Shown: positions 62,175 to 64,000 of the stretch, one piece after another
How the letters are laid out: every line of letters begins with the position of its first letter
Numbering within the stretch: the stretch's first letter is position 1
Source: Camelus dromedarius
Lineage: Eukaryota
NCBI RefSeq assembly: GCF_036321535.1
Contig: NC_087441.1
Span: 32,674,001-32,738,000 of the forward strand
DNA: 64,000 bases
Reading direction: 5' to 3'
Notes under the pieces: generated by a model
What the model was told of the DNA's origin: nothing
Database searches by the model: none
Seen by the model: only the letters and a program-made list of their open reading frames with translations
Program-made: the position numbers and the translations under genes

Positions 62175-62430
62175 GGGCTTATGGGTCAGACAGGCCTGGG
62201 CTGAGTCACAGCTCAGCTGGCTAGGTATGACCTTGGATAATCAACCTTTTTTTCTTCAGTTCCTAACATGTAAAGATAATAAGACTATATATACTTGAGA
62301 CTAACATTGTAAATTGAAGTGACTACACTTCAATAAAAAATAAGAATTTAAAAAAATTTTAAAAAAGACTGTCTACTCTTTAGGACAGTTAATGAGGCTT
62401 AAATGAGGCAACAGATTCAAACACTTACTC
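62175..62430 (+). mobile_element. MIR SINE split by an L1 tail insertion
   Basis: gggtcagacaggcctgggctgagtcacagctc...tatgaccttgga...atgtaaagataataagact|insert|gtctactctttaggacagttaatgaggcttaaatgag. Confidence 0.7.
62287..62364 (+). mobile_element. Extremely 5'-truncated L1 3' tail (78 nt) with TSD AAGACT
   Basis: actaacattgtaaatt...gactacacttcaataaaaaa resembles laurasiatherian L1 3' ends; AAGACT at 62281-62286 and 62365-62370. Confidence 0.7.
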
Positions 62431-64000
62431 ATTCTAATTGACAGAGTTTAGCAGAGAACTGAACAGTATTAGTGGTTTAGTATTACATGTTGTATTCGTT
62501 TTTAGACCTGTGATTTAGGACCCAATTCCCTGACCAACCCCATTCCTGTCTGATCCTCTGAAGTGAGAAGTGAAGTTAGAAAGTGCCACATGGTACCTAA
62601 GGAACCATTTCTCATCTGCCTCTGGCAACATGTACAGGATTGTCTATGGAAGCCAAGGGGATTTTTTTCTTTCTAAGATCTCTCAACCAAGTTCAAAGAC
62701 TTACCCTTCCTTCCAAAGAATATGAGCTATAGTCACAGTTTATGATGTCATATTTGCTACGCTTTTTTGTAGTTGCTGAAATATTCACAACCTCAGTTAT
62801 TGCTTAGATCTTAAGAGAATTACAAGGGGAAGTTAAACCCCATTCTTCAGTAAAATGCAGAACTAGGAGTAGTCCCATTGGGCAATAAAAACATGAAAAG
62901 CTTAAAAAAATACATCTATCGTGAGACCATTACAAAGTCAATCCAGATCCTTTGACTAAGACCCTATGCTGATGGGATATTTTTTAAATTAAGCTAAATC
63001 ACCCATATTTTAATCTTTGAACATCTCTAGCCAAGGATTTATAAAATTACATTCAAGTGCAACATTACAATATTGCCTCAACTCCAAGATGCCATTAAAT
63101 TTTTTTTTACACTTAGGAAATTGGGATGTGTAAAGTTATGTTGTGGTGGTACTTTTCCTTAAAAACTGAACTTAAACCAATAATATATCTTGCAACTGAT
63201 GGGGTCTTAGACTTAAGTAAATATGAAATTCTAAAATTATCTTGCTTTGTGATGATGTTACCTAAGGTGATTACTGTCATTTTGTGTTAACTTAATTATT
63301 GGCGAAAGGGACAAGTTGAATACATGATGAAAATAATTTAAAAGGCTTTATTAAGATTAATGATACACATGTACATGTGGATCTTAGAGCCATCATTCTA
63401 ACTGATATTTGGACTTTTTATGTTTCAGCTTTACTTTAAAAGTCCCTCAGAGTTCTCCAAATATGATAGGAAACATTATATTTGTAATTGCAAAAGATCT
63501 CAAGGAGAGAAAAAGCCTCCCTAAGGAGTTCTGTGAAACGCCTTTCCTCATAGTCTCAGGGCACCTCTTTCTTTTGAGGGTCCCTGGGTGGCAGCCATGC
63601 CCATCAGTGCCCGGGCGCAGGACCACACATTCAGATGGTCCTACACAACAGCAGAAAGCTGATATACACAGCACATGATAGGTATTCAATACTACTTCTG
63701 GCTCACTGATATGAAACACAAACTGTGTTCTGATTAAGAATACATACAGCCTTTATCATTTAGGGAAAACCAGATTTCTAAAAATATCCCTTTTCCTTTC
63801 TTTTCCCCCTTTTCTCCCACTCAAAATCCTTTGAGTTAATTTTGGGATTAACTTTTATACAAGCAAAAGCCATAAATAAATCAAACCCTAAAAGTTATTT
63901 TCCCCTTGAGCAATAAAAACACTTTTTTTTTTCTGTTTTGGTAGCAAACATGAAAATTCCCACACCTGAAGGTAGAATACCACTTTCGCAAAACATTGGA

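Noticed and set aside
62500-64000. Possible HEY2 3'UTR at the window end
   Set aside because: HEY2 is the expected upstream neighbour, but I cannot recognise any HEY2 coding or UTR sequence here.
1-64000. CRISPR arrays, operons or other prokaryotic systems
   Set aside because: The sequence is mammalian intron/intergenic DNA; no regularly spaced repeat-spacer structure.

Overview
Mammalian genomic DNA, almost certainly camelid (a Vic-1-type tRNA-derived SINE is present), with three ~150-nt N gaps. The window holds the 5' end of NCOA7 on the minus strand. A CpG-island promoter lies at ~43.1-44.2 kb and a probable distal promoter at ~51.1-52.0 kb. The first coding exon (23153-23263) encodes MDTKEEKKERKQSYFAR, and the next intron runs past base 1. 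A perfect tRNA-Glu(CTC) gene (52067-52138, +) sits head-to-head with the distal promoter. The rest is intron or intergenic DNA with many ancient repeats (L1M, L2, L3/CR1, MIR, MLT1 LTRs, Charlie/Tigger MITEs). Apart from L1/CR1 relics, the supplied ORFs look spurious. The most unusual item is an unassigned, nearly perfect 57-bp inverted repeat (39166-39356) in intron 1 whose mismatches become G-U pairs in the NCOA7 sense RNA. Other leads: a cluster of ARE/MARE motifs upstream of this oxidation-resistance (TLDc) gene, uORFs in the leader, a 63-nt insertion with a 15-bp duplication resembling a retroviral PPT-U3 junction, and an L1 fragment with templated-looking junctions. All repeat family names and motif calls were made by eye; no alignments were run.
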